From: an archaeon
GTDB lineage: Archaea > Nanobdellota > Nanobdellia > SCGC-AAA011-G17 > GW2011-AR20
DNA: 52,310 nt
Assembly: GCA_002688355.1 (NCBI GenBank)
Contig: NZCT01000030.1
Coordinates: 1 to 52,310 of the forward strand
Reading direction: 5' to 3'
Shown: positions 9,961 to 19,994 of the stretch, in pieces
Layout of the letters: each line of letters starts with the position of its first letter
How positions within the stretch are numbered: position 1 is the first letter of the stretch
Made by a program: the position numbers and the translations under genes
Notes under the pieces: generated by a model
Seen by the model: the letters and a program-made list of their open reading frames with translations, nothing else
Told to the model about the DNA's origin: nothing
The model's database searches: none

Positions 9961-11007
9961 ATGGAATTCAAAAGAAAACTAAGTTATTTCTTAAGAAATG
10001 TAGCTTTTAACAAGAAATTAATTAATTATATTGCTATTGAAACTTCTAAAAAATTAAAATTAAAAAAACCTTTAGGTCTACCTCATACAATTATGATTGA
10101 ACCAAATAACATTTGTAATCTAAAGTGTCCTCTATGCCCTACTGGCGAAAGATCATTAAAAAGACCTCTAGGTCAAATGGCCCTTGATACGTTTCAAAAA
10201 GTTCTAGACGATGTAGGAGATTCAACAATACATCTAAGATTATGGAATTGGGGTGAACCACTTCTAAACAAAGATTTATTTAAAATGATCAAGCGTGCAA
10301 ATAGGAAAAAAATATTCATAAACATAAGTACAAATGGAACTTTTCTTAACAAAGATAATGTTCAAGATTTAGTAGATTGTGGTTTAGACGAAATAATAGT
10401 TTCAGTAGATGGAGCATCACAAAAAACTTATGAAAAATATAGAATAGGAGGTCATTTAGATACAATATTAAAGGGTATAAAATTATTAGCTGAGGCTAAA
10501 AAAGAAAAAAATTCTAAAACTCCTTACATAAACTTACAGTTTATTCTTATGTCTCACAATGAACATGAAATAAGTGAAATAAGAAAGATAGCTCACGAGT
10601 TAGGAGTTAATGCCTTAACATTTAAATCCGTAGGAATTATGGACGTAGAATTAGACAAAGATATTGAAAAATACTTACCAAATAACCCAGATATGGGTCG
10701 TTATATTTCAGAAAATAATAAGCTAACAAGAAAATTAACAGCAAGAAACATGTGTGATACAATGTATGATGAAACTACAATAGCTTGGGATGGAAATGTT
10801 TTACCTTGCTGTAATGATCCTCATGGAAGTTATTCCCTCGGCAATGTATTAAAAGAAGATCTAAAAGATATTTGGATTGGAGAAAAATATATGAAATTAA
10901 GAAAAATTATTCTAACAAAGAAAGTTTCAATACCAATGTGTAAAGATTGCCCTGGGCATACAAGAGATGCTCCAGTAAAAAGAGAAATTTTAAATCCTAT
11001 CTATTAA
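9961..11007 (+). CDS. radical SAM/SPASM-domain protein
   Basis: CNLKCPLC, WGEPLL, STNGT, C-terminal C...PCC...CxxC; SD GAGGT upstream. Confidence 0.92.
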   Translation: MEFKRKLSYFLRNVAFNKKLINYIAIETSKKLKLKKPLGLPHTIMIEPNNICNLKCPLCPTGERSLKRPLGQMALDTFQKVLDDVGDSTIHLRLWNWGEPLLNKDLFKMIKRANRKKIFINISTNGTFLNKDNVQDLVDCGLDEIIVSVDGASQKTYEKYRIGGHLDTILKGIKLLAEAKKEKNSKTPYINLQFILMSHNEHEISEIRKIAHELGVNALTFKSVGIMDVELDKDIEKYLPNNPDMGRYISENNKLTRKLTARNMCDTMYDETTIAWDGNVLPCCNDPHGSYSLGNVLKEDLKDIWIGEKYMKLRKIILTKKVSIPMCKDCPGHTRDAPVKREILNPIY

Positions 11008-11383
11008 CAATAATCAAATATTCATCATTTGCTTTTACCTTTTCACCAAATCCGCTACCTTCAATATCTATTGCATCAGCAACTTCAGGAATTTTTTCTA
11101 ACATTTTAATACAATAATCTTTGCTAGTCATTTCTCCATCCACTAAATCAAGATCATATCTTGAGAGACCAACAGTCACCATCCCCAAAGTAGTATAAGA
11201 AACAAAAACAAAACTCTTTGGAGTAATATTCTCTAATGGAATATATTTTTCAAAGAAATTTACTAAATAATTTCTAAAAAAAGCATAAACAAAGTCCTCT
11301 TCTTCTACAATAAATTCATCAATATGTTTCAATCTATCAAGTAAAACATCATAATTCATAGATATTTCATCATCTAATGCCAT
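10997..11383 (-). CDS. hypothetical acidic protein; paralog of the upstream broken gene
   Basis: N-terminus aligns by eye with 11414..11838. Confidence 0.6.
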   Translation of the reverse strand: MALDDEISMNYDVLLDRLKHIDEFIVEEEDFVYAFFRNYLVNFFEKYIPLENITPKSFVFVSYTTLGMVTVGLSRYDLDLVDGEMTSKDYCIKMLEKIPEVADAIDIEGSGFGEKVKANDEYLIIVNR

Positions 11384-11413
11384 AATTTTTATAAAATTTA
11401 AAAATTTAAAAAC

Positions 11414-11838
11414 CTAACCATCAAGATTTCCAATTATTGGTAGTGTAAGATTTTTTTTGTTATAAACCTCATTGTGTAACAAAATTACTTCATCAGAAAA
11501 ATCTTTATTATAACTTTCAATACAAATAGAATCTATAATATGAGGTGTTTTCTTAAGAATATATTCATACTCACTCTTATTTATGGGAATAACGGGCAAT
11601 GGTTCATTAAGAATACCTTTACCATTTTTTAATCTAGTCAATGTTCTTAAATAAAAAGAATAAAAATCAACAGAAGCTATTTGATCATCTATGACATTAT
11701 CAGAATTAAAACCATAATCAAAGAACTTAGATAAACAAGCACCAAAAAATATACAAATCTCTTATCAATCATAAACTCATCAAGAAAGTATAATCTATAA
11801 CATAATTCACTCAAACTCATCTTACTATCTAGTTCCAT
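11414..11838 (-). pseudogene. frameshifted paralog of 10997..11383
   Basis: MELDSKMSLSELCYRLYFLDEFMIDK from 11838 continues in another frame as ICIFFGACLSKFF... into ORF 11414..11641; shift near 11760. Confidence 0.6.
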
Positions 11839-11868
11839 ATTAACAATAAGTAACAAACATATTAAAAT

Positions 11869-12708
11869 CTAACTAAAAAATACAGGAGTAACAAATACTT
11901 CAATTAAACCAGCAAATATAATAACAACTAAAGCTAATAATATTAAATCTACACTATCTTTTAAAATATTTTTAAAATTATCAGTATCAATATCATGATT
12001 TATAACAGCTACAGAAATTATTCCACCGGCTAATCCTCCAATAAAATAAGCAAGTATCTCAAAAACTCCATGCGTCATATATCTCATTATTCCAAGAGGT
12101 ATAACATGAAAATAATCAATAAAATTCAACACTCTAGCATTTACAAAATTTCCAACAGCAGCTCCTATTACAGATGCATTCCAAGTCAATATAAATATAG
12201 CCCCAGCACCGTAAAAAAATGCAAATAAAACTGTAAAAAATAAAACTTTAACATTATTTAGTATAATCTTTAAAAGAATCCCCCCAATAGTAGCGTTTCC
12301 AGATATTGCATTGCCAGAAATATTAGCATTTATCGCTTTTATAGTATCAGTTTGAGTTTGAAATAAAACATCTGTAGTTGCAGAGGGCATAAAAATAAAT
12401 AATAAAGAATAACCTATAATCATTCCAAAAAATAAAAACATAAATACTTTTAATGCTTTACCATGAGATTTAATTAAAATTTTCTCATTTTTAATTACTC
12501 TGTCCTTTTTCTCCTCTAATCTTAAAGTTAAATACATTAACGGGATAGAAGCTATAACAGTTAAGAAAACCATAACTAAACTAGCATTAGATCTAAAAAT
12601 CCATAACGCTAAAAATGCACCAACCACAGAATATATAAAACCAAATACAAACACTCTTTTTAATTTGTTCCCTGCCTCTAAAGGAGAGATCAATGATTCC
12701 AAAACCAT
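11869..12708 (-). CDS. SpoIIM-like (stage II sporulation protein M family) membrane protein
   Basis: IILNNVKV, FILTWNASVIG, THGVFEILAY, AGLIEVFVTP. Confidence 0.85.
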   Translation of the reverse strand: MVLESLISPLEAGNKLKRVFVFGFIYSVVGAFLALWIFRSNASLVMVFLTVIASIPLMYLTLRLEEKKDRVIKNEKILIKSHGKALKVFMFLFFGMIIGYSLLFIFMPSATTDVLFQTQTDTIKAINANISGNAISGNATIGGILLKIILNNVKVLFFTVLFAFFYGAGAIFILTWNASVIGAAVGNFVNARVLNFIDYFHVIPLGIMRYMTHGVFEILAYFIGGLAGGIISVAVINHDIDTDNFKNILKDSVDLILLALVVIIFAGLIEVFVTPVFFS

Positions 12709-12761
12709 TACATTATTATTAAATTTAATTTCTTTATATAACTATCTTTTATAGAATAAAA

Positions 12762-13400
12762 TTATTTCCTTATAAGTCTAGAAACCAAATCATCTTGTAT
12801 CATTCTTCTAGAATTAACTTTAATTCTTTTATCGTTTAATCTCCAATAAGTAGATAATATTTCTCTTTTAACTTTACGTTCTTCATCATCAATTAAATCA
12901 GAAAATTTATACTCAATTATAGGTTTATGAAAATACTCATTCAATATAGAAATTATTCTATGGGGAGCTAATGAATCTAAGTTTTCTACTAAAGTATCAA
13001 CTTCTTCTTCGTAAATTGATATCATTTCTTTACGTCTTTCTTTTACTTTATTTTTTTGTATTTTATCTAATGCTCTTTCTTTTTCAGCACCAGTTAATTC
13101 TCCATAACAAGGGATTCCATTTTCATCTTTAACAATGCCAAAAGCTGGTCCATAATGCTTTGAGCTCTGTGGTATTTTTCTATCTTCAATAAGTTTAAGT
13201 CTACTATCAATAGTACCTTGAATATTCAAGCTTCCATCTTCATTAAATCTCTCTAAACTATTTAATTCCTCAATCTTTTGCATTAAACTAGTTTTAATAG
13301 AATTTGATCTAAATCCTCTAGAATCAGTTCTACTTTGAGATTCAGATTCGCTCCAGCTTCCTTCTGGCCATTTTCCATAATGTGGATTTCTACTTGTCAT
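12762..13400 (-). CDS. hypothetical protein
   Basis: 212-aa ORF, no motif recognised. Confidence 0.6.
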   Translation of the reverse strand: MTSRNPHYGKWPEGSWSESESQSRTDSRGFRSNSIKTSLMQKIEELNSLERFNEDGSLNIQGTIDSRLKLIEDRKIPQSSKHYGPAFGIVKDENGIPCYGELTGAEKERALDKIQKNKVKERRKEMISIYEEEVDTLVENLDSLAPHRIISILNEYFHKPIIEYKFSDLIDDEERKVKREILSTYWRLNDKRIKVNSRRMIQDDLVSRLIRK

Positions 13401-13471
13401 TTTTAATTTCCTTAAAATAAAAGAGAAATAGACATTTATAAATCTTTCTATTTGTAGTTATTTAAGAGTAA

Positions 13472-13921
13472 TTACATCTCAACAAATTCTGTTTTAATCT
13501 GTTTAAAAGAAACTAAAGATTTTATCTTAACAACACCTTTTCTAGATATAACATTTTTAATAAAATCATAATAACTATCTTGATCTTTTGTTCTTACTTT
13601 TAACACCATTTCCCAATCTCCTGTACAAATATCAACACTTTCAATTTCTTTATGTTTACTTAATTCTTTCCCAATTTTTTCTGGATTCCCATATTCATCA
13701 GGACTTAAACTTATTAACACAAAAACACAAAAACCTTCATCTATTTTCTTATAATCAAAAACAGCCTTATATATTTTAATTATATTTTCTTTTTCTAATT
13801 TCTTAATATTATAATGTAATGTAGTAGAAGGTTCATTTAACTTCTTAGCTAATCTAGCTATTCTTGGAGTACAATATCCTTCCTTGAATAATTTAATTAA
13901 ATTTTTAGTTATATCTTTCAT
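13472..13921 (-). CDS. Lrp/AsnC family transcriptional regulator
   Basis: N-terminal HTH (LAKKLNEPSTTLHYNIKKLEKENII), TGDWEMVLKV RAM domain. Confidence 0.9.
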   Translation of the reverse strand: MKDITKNLIKLFKEGYCTPRIARLAKKLNEPSTTLHYNIKKLEKENIIKIYKAVFDYKKIDEGFCVFVLISLSPDEYGNPEKIGKELSKHKEIESVDICTGDWEMVLKVRTKDQDSYYDFIKNVISRKGVVKIKSLVSFKQIKTEFVEM

Positions 13922-13930
13922 TTTTGGTAA

Positions 13931-13990
13931 TTCGTATAATATTCAACTATTTATAAATATTTCGATTATTCTTCGTAGAATCTTCAACTA
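13931..13990. promoter_or_regulatory. two 19-bp direct repeats in the divergent intergenic region, candidate Lrp operators
   Basis: TTCGTATAATATTCAACTA (13931-13949) and TTCGTAGAATCTTCAACTA (13972-13990): 17/19 identical, 41-bp period. Confidence 0.65.
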
Positions 13991-14024
13991 AGTATATAAA
14001 GATAACAATTCTAATAATATTACA

Positions 14025-14441
14025 ATGAAAACCGTAAAACAAGTGAACAAACTAGCCACAATACTTGGCTTAGGTGGGATGAACGGAACAGTATCAATTG
14101 CAGCTCTTTCAGGTTTATTTAGACCTGAAAATGCATTTATACTCTCAATTCTTTTCATGGCAGGTCCAGGAGCAATTGTAACAGCATTTTTACTAGAAGG
14201 AACTATAAAACAAAGAATGTTTGCTGCATTACTAGCAGGAATAATTGCAACAATCATAGTGGTTCTAGCCGCAGGAATAGGCACAAAAGCACTTTCTTTT
14301 CTAAATCTAAACATACTCAAGATTACAGGAGGGATTGCTGTACTTGTTATTGGTTTGATCATAATGGGAATAAAAATCCCAGATAAGGCCCCATTGTTAA
14401 TAATTGGTCTTGGAATTATTGCAGGACTAATATGGAGATAA
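14025..14441 (+). CDS. small multi-pass membrane protein divergent from lrp
   Basis: 4-5 TM; segment LKITGGIAVLVIGL resembles MarC-like helices. Confidence 0.7.
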   Translation: MKTVKQVNKLATILGLGGMNGTVSIAALSGLFRPENAFILSILFMAGPGAIVTAFLLEGTIKQRMFAALLAGIIATIIVVLAAGIGTKALSFLNLNILKITGGIAVLVIGLIIMGIKIPDKAPLLIIGLGIIAGLIWR

Positions 14442-14764
14442 AAATGGAAGAACTAATATCAGAACAAAAAGCAAAGATCATAGCAGGATCTATAGAAGTA
14501 ATATTCGAAGACAGGGAGAATAAAATGCATCAAACTTTAGGATTAGTGGAAGAAATACTAAAAGAGTTGCGAAGTCTCCCAATGAGTAAAAGAGATTCCC
14601 ATTGGTGGGAATACGATTGTGAGCATTTAAAGGATAGTCATACATTTGCTTTAGAAACATTAGAAAAACATGGTCCATTTTCAGATAGGACGGTACAAGA
14701 TGTGAATACAGCAATATGGTACGCAAAACTTGTGAATAAGGAATATACATTATGGAGTATCTAA
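14432..14764 (+). CDS. hypothetical protein
   Basis: ORF coupled to its neighbours. Confidence 0.55.
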   Translation: MEIKMEELISEQKAKIIAGSIEVIFEDRENKMHQTLGLVEEILKELRSLPMSKRDSHWWEYDCEHLKDSHTFALETLEKHGPFSDRTVQDVNTAIWYAKLVNKEYTLWSI

Positions 14765-15103
14765 ATGGATATTGATGAATTAAAACAAGAAAGATTAAGT
14801 TTCTTTATTGGAAATTTTTTTTCAAATAACCAACAGGGCACTTTTGAAGAGATCACTAAACATGCAGTCGCAAAAGCTAAAGAAGATATTGAACCTAAAA
14901 ATTACACAGCTAATGAAGTTAGATCAACATTAAACAACTTAATAACTACTAATAAACTTGAACACGATCCAGTTAAAGACATTTACGCCAATAAACCAGA
15001 TTATGATAGATTCATGTTAACCACAGGAATAAATCTATCAGGATTAGCAGCACAAGGAGTGAATATAGAAAAACTAATACAAGAAACAAAATGGAATAAA
15101 TAG
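14765..15103 (+). CDS. hypothetical protein, possible winged helix
   Basis: TFEEI...NEVRSTLNNL...KLEHDPVKDIY pattern. Confidence 0.55.
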   Translation: MDIDELKQERLSFFIGNFFSNNQQGTFEEITKHAVAKAKEDIEPKNYTANEVRSTLNNLITTNKLEHDPVKDIYANKPDYDRFMLTTGINLSGLAAQGVNIEKLIQETKWNK

Positions 15104-15211
15104 GATAATTAATTGAAAGTTTTAATAGATACAAATTTAACTTTTATTAACCACTAAAGAATTAAAACAAACAAAAGATTTATAAAGTCTAAATGAAATG
15201 AAATAAACAAA

Positions 15212-15676
15212 ATGACAAAAGAAATTAAACAAGGACCCTTTGAAGATTTTGATGAACTTACAAGTAACGCTAGAAAATCATGGGTTAAAAGTAAAGGAAC
15301 TATGGGACATGATAGTTATTACAGACTTGTAAAACTTAATGGAAATCCATTTCCCAGTCATAATGAAATGTACATTGAAATTCAAGTATTTCCTAATTAT
15401 GGGGAATCTATTGTTAGTTTTGGAAGAAATTCTTTTGGTGGGGAAACTTTTGGTCAAACAACTTATTTTAAAGATAGGGAATATGAACATAGAGAAAAAG
15501 ATCCCACTAGTAGAAGCGATTTCAAATATCTTGCTTTAGAGGTAATAAAAGAAATAATTGATTTAGCAGAAGAAGTAGAAGAAGTAAATGTATTAATTGC
15601 AGAACCATTTACAGGAAGAAAATCCACGTATGAAGAAAGAGCTTTAGAAGAAAGACTTAGATCTATGAAAAAATGA
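15212..15676 (+). CDS. hypothetical protein
   Basis: 154-aa ORF; TATA-like aaaagatttataaag upstream. Confidence 0.6.
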   Translation: MTKEIKQGPFEDFDELTSNARKSWVKSKGTMGHDSYYRLVKLNGNPFPSHNEMYIEIQVFPNYGESIVSFGRNSFGGETFGQTTYFKDREYEHREKDPTSRSDFKYLALEVIKEIIDLAEEVEEVNVLIAEPFTGRKSTYEERALEERLRSMKK

Positions 15677-16695
15677 TAAACAATATATATCCAACACAAG
15701 AAGTAGATTACTCAGTTCCAGGACAAAATCTTGAAGAAAGAACAGAAAATGCGCTTTTAGATAGAACATTTAATTCTAGGTTTTTATTTAAAGATATTTC
15801 TTCAAGGTCTGGAACAGGATATGAATCTAATATAGAAAAAAAGCTTAAAACATCAAATACAGAAGAAGATGATAGCATCAAATCAATTTCTGGAAATAAT
15901 GTATTAACTTATGATAAATCCCATATTACTAGTATGAACTTACTTTTAGCAACAAAACCAAACTTTTATCTTTTTGATAAAGCTATTGGATCTGAAGGAC
16001 TATATCAAAAAATAAATGAAGAAATCTCAGATGAAGATGTATTAAAATATCTCCAATCAAAAGGTAATACAGAAAGTTCTGCTATAGCAAATGATATGGA
16101 ACAAAATAGAAATTCATACCAAAATCATTTCTTAAGATTACATGAAAAAATAGAATTAAATGAATTATTTAAAGAATATCAAAGATTCTGTCGTGAAAAT
16201 GATTTAGAATCAACAGATCAAGAAAAATTCTTTAAAGATCTTAATTATAGTTTAGATGGAATTCATCCAAGACATGTCGAAATGAGTACTGACAAAAGTT
16301 TTTACGAATTTTTTGATTCAAGTAAACTTGATGATGCAAAAGAAGAAGCACATAAAAAAGCAATGGTAGCTGAATATTCATTTATATATCATACAGCTCA
16401 AAAACTTGGATTTAATTTAAACTTCCAGGCTTTAATAGATGTACATCCATTTATGAAAATGGAATTACGTTCAAATAAAGATAGTGAATGGGTTAGTAAT
16501 TTTTTCTATAATTTTGATGAAGAATATTCTGAACAAGATTTAAAAAATGCAAAAAAATTCTACAAGATTATGGGATGTGGGCCAGTGTCAGGACCAAAAT
16601 ATCACATACAACCACATATGTATGACGATTATGATCCAAAACCACCAGGACCTGGAAGCGCACCTCAAGAAATGAGATTAAGAAATCGTTTCTAA
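15673..16695 (+). CDS. hypothetical protein with Pro/Gly-rich C-terminus
   Basis: 340-aa ORF, ATGA-coupled to the upstream gene. Confidence 0.65.
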   Translation: MINNIYPTQEVDYSVPGQNLEERTENALLDRTFNSRFLFKDISSRSGTGYESNIEKKLKTSNTEEDDSIKSISGNNVLTYDKSHITSMNLLLATKPNFYLFDKAIGSEGLYQKINEEISDEDVLKYLQSKGNTESSAIANDMEQNRNSYQNHFLRLHEKIELNELFKEYQRFCRENDLESTDQEKFFKDLNYSLDGIHPRHVEMSTDKSFYEFFDSSKLDDAKEEAHKKAMVAEYSFIYHTAQKLGFNLNFQALIDVHPFMKMELRSNKDSEWVSNFFYNFDEEYSEQDLKNAKKFYKIMGCGPVSGPKYHIQPHMYDDYDPKPPGPGSAPQEMRLRNRF

Positions 16696-16704
16696 TAAAT
16701 TAAA

Positions 16705-17868
16705 ATGGAAAATAATAATTCAAAAAATAACATAGTAAGAAAGAGTTTAGAAGGAATCCTGACTTTAGCTACAGTTTTAACATTTTCTACTTCTTTAACT
16801 GGTTGTTTAGATAATTCAAATAATCAAGAACCACAAAAAACACAACAAGTTCAACAACAACCTAAAAAACAACCTGATAAAAACAAAAGACTTAGACAAA
16901 TTATACTTAATTATATGGCACAACCAAAATTTTCAAACTCAGATTTAATGGAGCAAATCACAGGAACAAAAGCTGAATTAGAGATTTTTGATATGGATGA
17001 AAGTATGTTATATTTTTCTATACCAACAGAAGACTATAGAGAAGAAGATCTAAAAAAATTATCGCCAAATGATGTTGAATTTGGTAGAACTAATGATGGA
17101 GAATTTATGGGTGGAAGATTAAAACTTGGAGATTATATATTTAATAGTCCAGGAAATTATTTTTTCAGGTTTCCTGCAAAAGATTTTGAAGTTGATCCAT
17201 TAGATGAAATAAACATTAAGTTCAGAAATTCAAAGTATAACTTAACGATGGAAGAACTTCAAAGATTTGCTGAAAATTCAAGTATTTATGGAGGAAGTTT
17301 ACGTGTTGAAACAAGTAGAGATGCAGTATCAAGAACAGTTAACACTTTCTCAAATCATGGAGCTTTAGTTGCAAGAAAAGGAGAAACATCTTTAGAAAGG
17401 TTAGTATCTTCAATAGTTTCAAATAATTCTTCAAAAGAACAAACAGCACAAGAATTACTTGATTTTGTAACAAGAGAAATAAAGTATGATGGTACCGATA
17501 ATATCCTAAATTCTGAATTACTAAAAAGACCTAATGAAGTTTTAATGACTAAAGAATCTGATTGTAGTGGGAAAGCTATTCTATATGCATCTTTGTTAGA
17601 ACAAACAGATATAGATTATATGCTAATCTATACTGATGATCATATTTCAGTAGCAGTAGAAGGGGATTTTAAAGATCAAAATAGGATGAGTTTCACATCA
17701 AACAAAAAAAGATATTCTATTGCTGAAACAACTGCAAGAGGATTTAAAATAGGAAGATCCAGGTTAAATAGAGCTCTTGGAGCTGAAGAAATTAAATACA
17801 TTCAAATACCTGGAGAAAATTCAAAAATATACAACGCTAGAACAGGACAACCATTGTCTTTTTTATAA
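16705..17868 (+). CDS. lipoprotein with transglutaminase-like (Cys-His-Asp/Glu) domain
   Basis: Lipobox LTGC, Gln-rich linker, IKYD...RPNEVL...SDCSGKAILYASLL...DHISVAV...AETT. Confidence 0.8.
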   Translation: MENNNSKNNIVRKSLEGILTLATVLTFSTSLTGCLDNSNNQEPQKTQQVQQQPKKQPDKNKRLRQIILNYMAQPKFSNSDLMEQITGTKAELEIFDMDESMLYFSIPTEDYREEDLKKLSPNDVEFGRTNDGEFMGGRLKLGDYIFNSPGNYFFRFPAKDFEVDPLDEINIKFRNSKYNLTMEELQRFAENSSIYGGSLRVETSRDAVSRTVNTFSNHGALVARKGETSLERLVSSIVSNNSSKEQTAQELLDFVTREIKYDGTDNILNSELLKRPNEVLMTKESDCSGKAILYASLLEQTDIDYMLIYTDDHISVAVEGDFKDQNRMSFTSNKKRYSIAETTARGFKIGRSRLNRALGAEEIKYIQIPGENSKIYNARTGQPLSFL

Positions 17869-17912
17869 CTTAAAAAACATAATCTTTTAAACATATTTTC
17901 TCTTTTTTTCTT

Positions 17913-19571
17913 ATGCAAATACAACAAGAAGCTTTCAAAGAATTTATAGAAAATAAAGATAAAAAGGATTTTGATAGAATAAAGATTCAAATCTCAAAAA
18001 AATACAAACTAAAAAAAATACCTAAAAATATTGATCTATTATTAAAAGATCCTAAGAGTAACATTATTACAAAACCAACAAGAACAATTTCAGGCGTTAC
18101 TCCAGTAGCAATTATGACTAGACCAGAGAAATGCCCTCATGGTGTCTGCACATTTTGTCCAGGAGGCCCTGATAGTATACTTGGCAACGTACCACAATCT
18201 TATACTGGAAATGAACCAGCTTCAATGAGAGCAATTAGAAATAAACTTGATCCTTATTTACAAGTCTTTAACAGATTAGAACATTACGCATTATTAAACC
18301 AAAATTTTAACAAATGTGAAGTAATTATAATGAGTGGAACTTTTCTAAGTTCAGATAAAGAATATATTAATGAATTTTTAACTTACACATACAAAGCATT
18401 TAACGATTTTGGTAATCTATTCTTCAAAAATAAAGAATTACAATTTAACAAATTCAAAAAGTTCTTTCAATTAGACGGAGATTTTAAAGATCCAATAAGA
18501 ATAGAAAAAATTCAAAAGAAATTATTAAAATTCAAAAATAAAACAACATTAAAGCAAGAACAAGAAAAAAATGAAACTTCAAATTGTAGAGTTGTAGCTT
18601 TATGCATTGAAACAAAACCAGACTGGAGTAAAGAAGAACACATTAATAACATGTTAAACCTAGGAACAACAAGAGTAGAACTAGGAATACAAACTTTAAA
18701 CGATGAAACGTTAAAAAAAGTTAATCGTGGCCACTCATTAAAAGATTCAATAGAAGCAACGCAATTACTAAAAGATTCTTTCCTAAAAGTAACTTACCAT
18801 ATGATGCCAGGTTTACCAAATTCAAATAAACAAAAAGATGTTAAAATGTTTAAAGATTTATTTTCTAACGAAAACTACAAACCAGATTCTCTAAAAATAT
18901 ATCCATGTCTAGTTATGCCAGGAACTCCATTATATCAACAATGGAAACAAGGAAAGTTTAAACCAATTACAACAGCAGATGCATCTGAAAGAATCTCAGA
19001 AGCAAAAAAATATATTCCAGAATATTGTAGAATTATGAGAATTCAAAGAGACATTCCAACTAAAGTAACATCAGCAGGAGTAGATAAAACAAATTTAAGG
19101 CAATATATATCTAAATTAGTTGCTAAAAAAGGAATTATCTGCAAATGTATAAGATGTAGAGAACCAAGAAATAGAGAAATCGATTTTAATAACGTAAAAA
19201 TATTAACTAAAGATTACAAAGCTTCAAAAGGAACTGAAATATTTATTTCTATGGAGGACGTAAAAAATAATATCTTACTAGGTTTTGTTAGATTAAGAAT
19301 TCCATATAAACCATTTAGAAAAGAAATTACAAAAGATTCTGCAGGAATTAGAGAACTACATGTTTACGGAACTTCAACTCAACTAGAAAAAAAGGGAAAC
19401 ATCCAACACCAAGGTTTAGGAAAGAAATTAATGTTAGAAGCAGAAAAAATAGCAAAAGAAAAATACAATATAAAGAAGTTACTAGTTATTTCCGGTATCG
19501 GAGTAAAAGAATACTATCAAAATAATTTCAATTACAAAAAAGATGGTCCTTACCTGTCTAAGATACTTTAG
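17913..19571 (+). CDS. elp3: Elp3 tRNA U34 acetyltransferase (radical SAM + GNAT)
   Basis: RTISGVTPVAIM, CPHGVCTFCPGG, RVELGIQT, RIMRIQRDIP, IRELHVYG, QHQGLGKKL. Confidence 0.97.
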   Translation: MQIQQEAFKEFIENKDKKDFDRIKIQISKKYKLKKIPKNIDLLLKDPKSNIITKPTRTISGVTPVAIMTRPEKCPHGVCTFCPGGPDSILGNVPQSYTGNEPASMRAIRNKLDPYLQVFNRLEHYALLNQNFNKCEVIIMSGTFLSSDKEYINEFLTYTYKAFNDFGNLFFKNKELQFNKFKKFFQLDGDFKDPIRIEKIQKKLLKFKNKTTLKQEQEKNETSNCRVVALCIETKPDWSKEEHINNMLNLGTTRVELGIQTLNDETLKKVNRGHSLKDSIEATQLLKDSFLKVTYHMMPGLPNSNKQKDVKMFKDLFSNENYKPDSLKIYPCLVMPGTPLYQQWKQGKFKPITTADASERISEAKKYIPEYCRIMRIQRDIPTKVTSAGVDKTNLRQYISKLVAKKGIICKCIRCREPRNREIDFNNVKILTKDYKASKGTEIFISMEDVKNNILLGFVRLRIPYKPFRKEITKDSAGIRELHVYGTSTQLEKKGNIQHQGLGKKLMLEAEKIAKEKYNIKKLLVISGIGVKEYYQNNFNYKKDGPYLSKIL

Positions 19572-19628
19572 AACAACTATATACAACATATAGAAAGCTT
19601 TTTATTCTAAAACAACATATAACCCAAT

Positions 19629-19943
19629 ATGGAAGAAAACAACGACAATATGCAATTAGGCGGTAATATACAACTTATTGGCTTTAACGAATTAGAACCA
19701 GCTAAATTAATCGTAGTTAAAAAAATGGTTGGTAATTATGTAAAAAAAATAGAAGATAAATCTACTGATTTCCAAGAAATATCTGTTCATCTTAAAAAAG
19801 TTCATAATTCAGAATTTCAAATTAAAACAAAAGCAATTATAGCTGGAAAACCATTTAACTCAGAATTAACAGATTTTAACTTATTTATAGGTTTAGATAA
19901 AACATTAGGCAGAGTTCTAGAAGAAATTGATAATAAAAAATAA
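19629..19943 (+). CDS. stand-alone HPF/RaiA-like fold protein (candidate)
   Basis: Predicted beta-alpha-beta-beta-beta-alpha pattern, ending FNLFIGLDKTLGRVLEEI. Confidence 0.5.
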   Translation: MEENNDNMQLGGNIQLIGFNELEPAKLIVVKKMVGNYVKKIEDKSTDFQEISVHLKKVHNSEFQIKTKAIIAGKPFNSELTDFNLFIGLDKTLGRVLEEIDNKK

Positions 19944-19957
19944 AGTTATTTCCAAAC

Positions 19958-19973
19958 AAAAACCTTTATAAAA
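19958..19973 (+). promoter_or_regulatory. BRE/TATA promoter of rpl21e operon (probably leaderless)
   Basis: AAAAACCTTTATAAAA, TATA about 29 nt before the ATG. Confidence 0.7.
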
Positions 19974-19994
19974 CAAATTATTCTCAATTAAATT

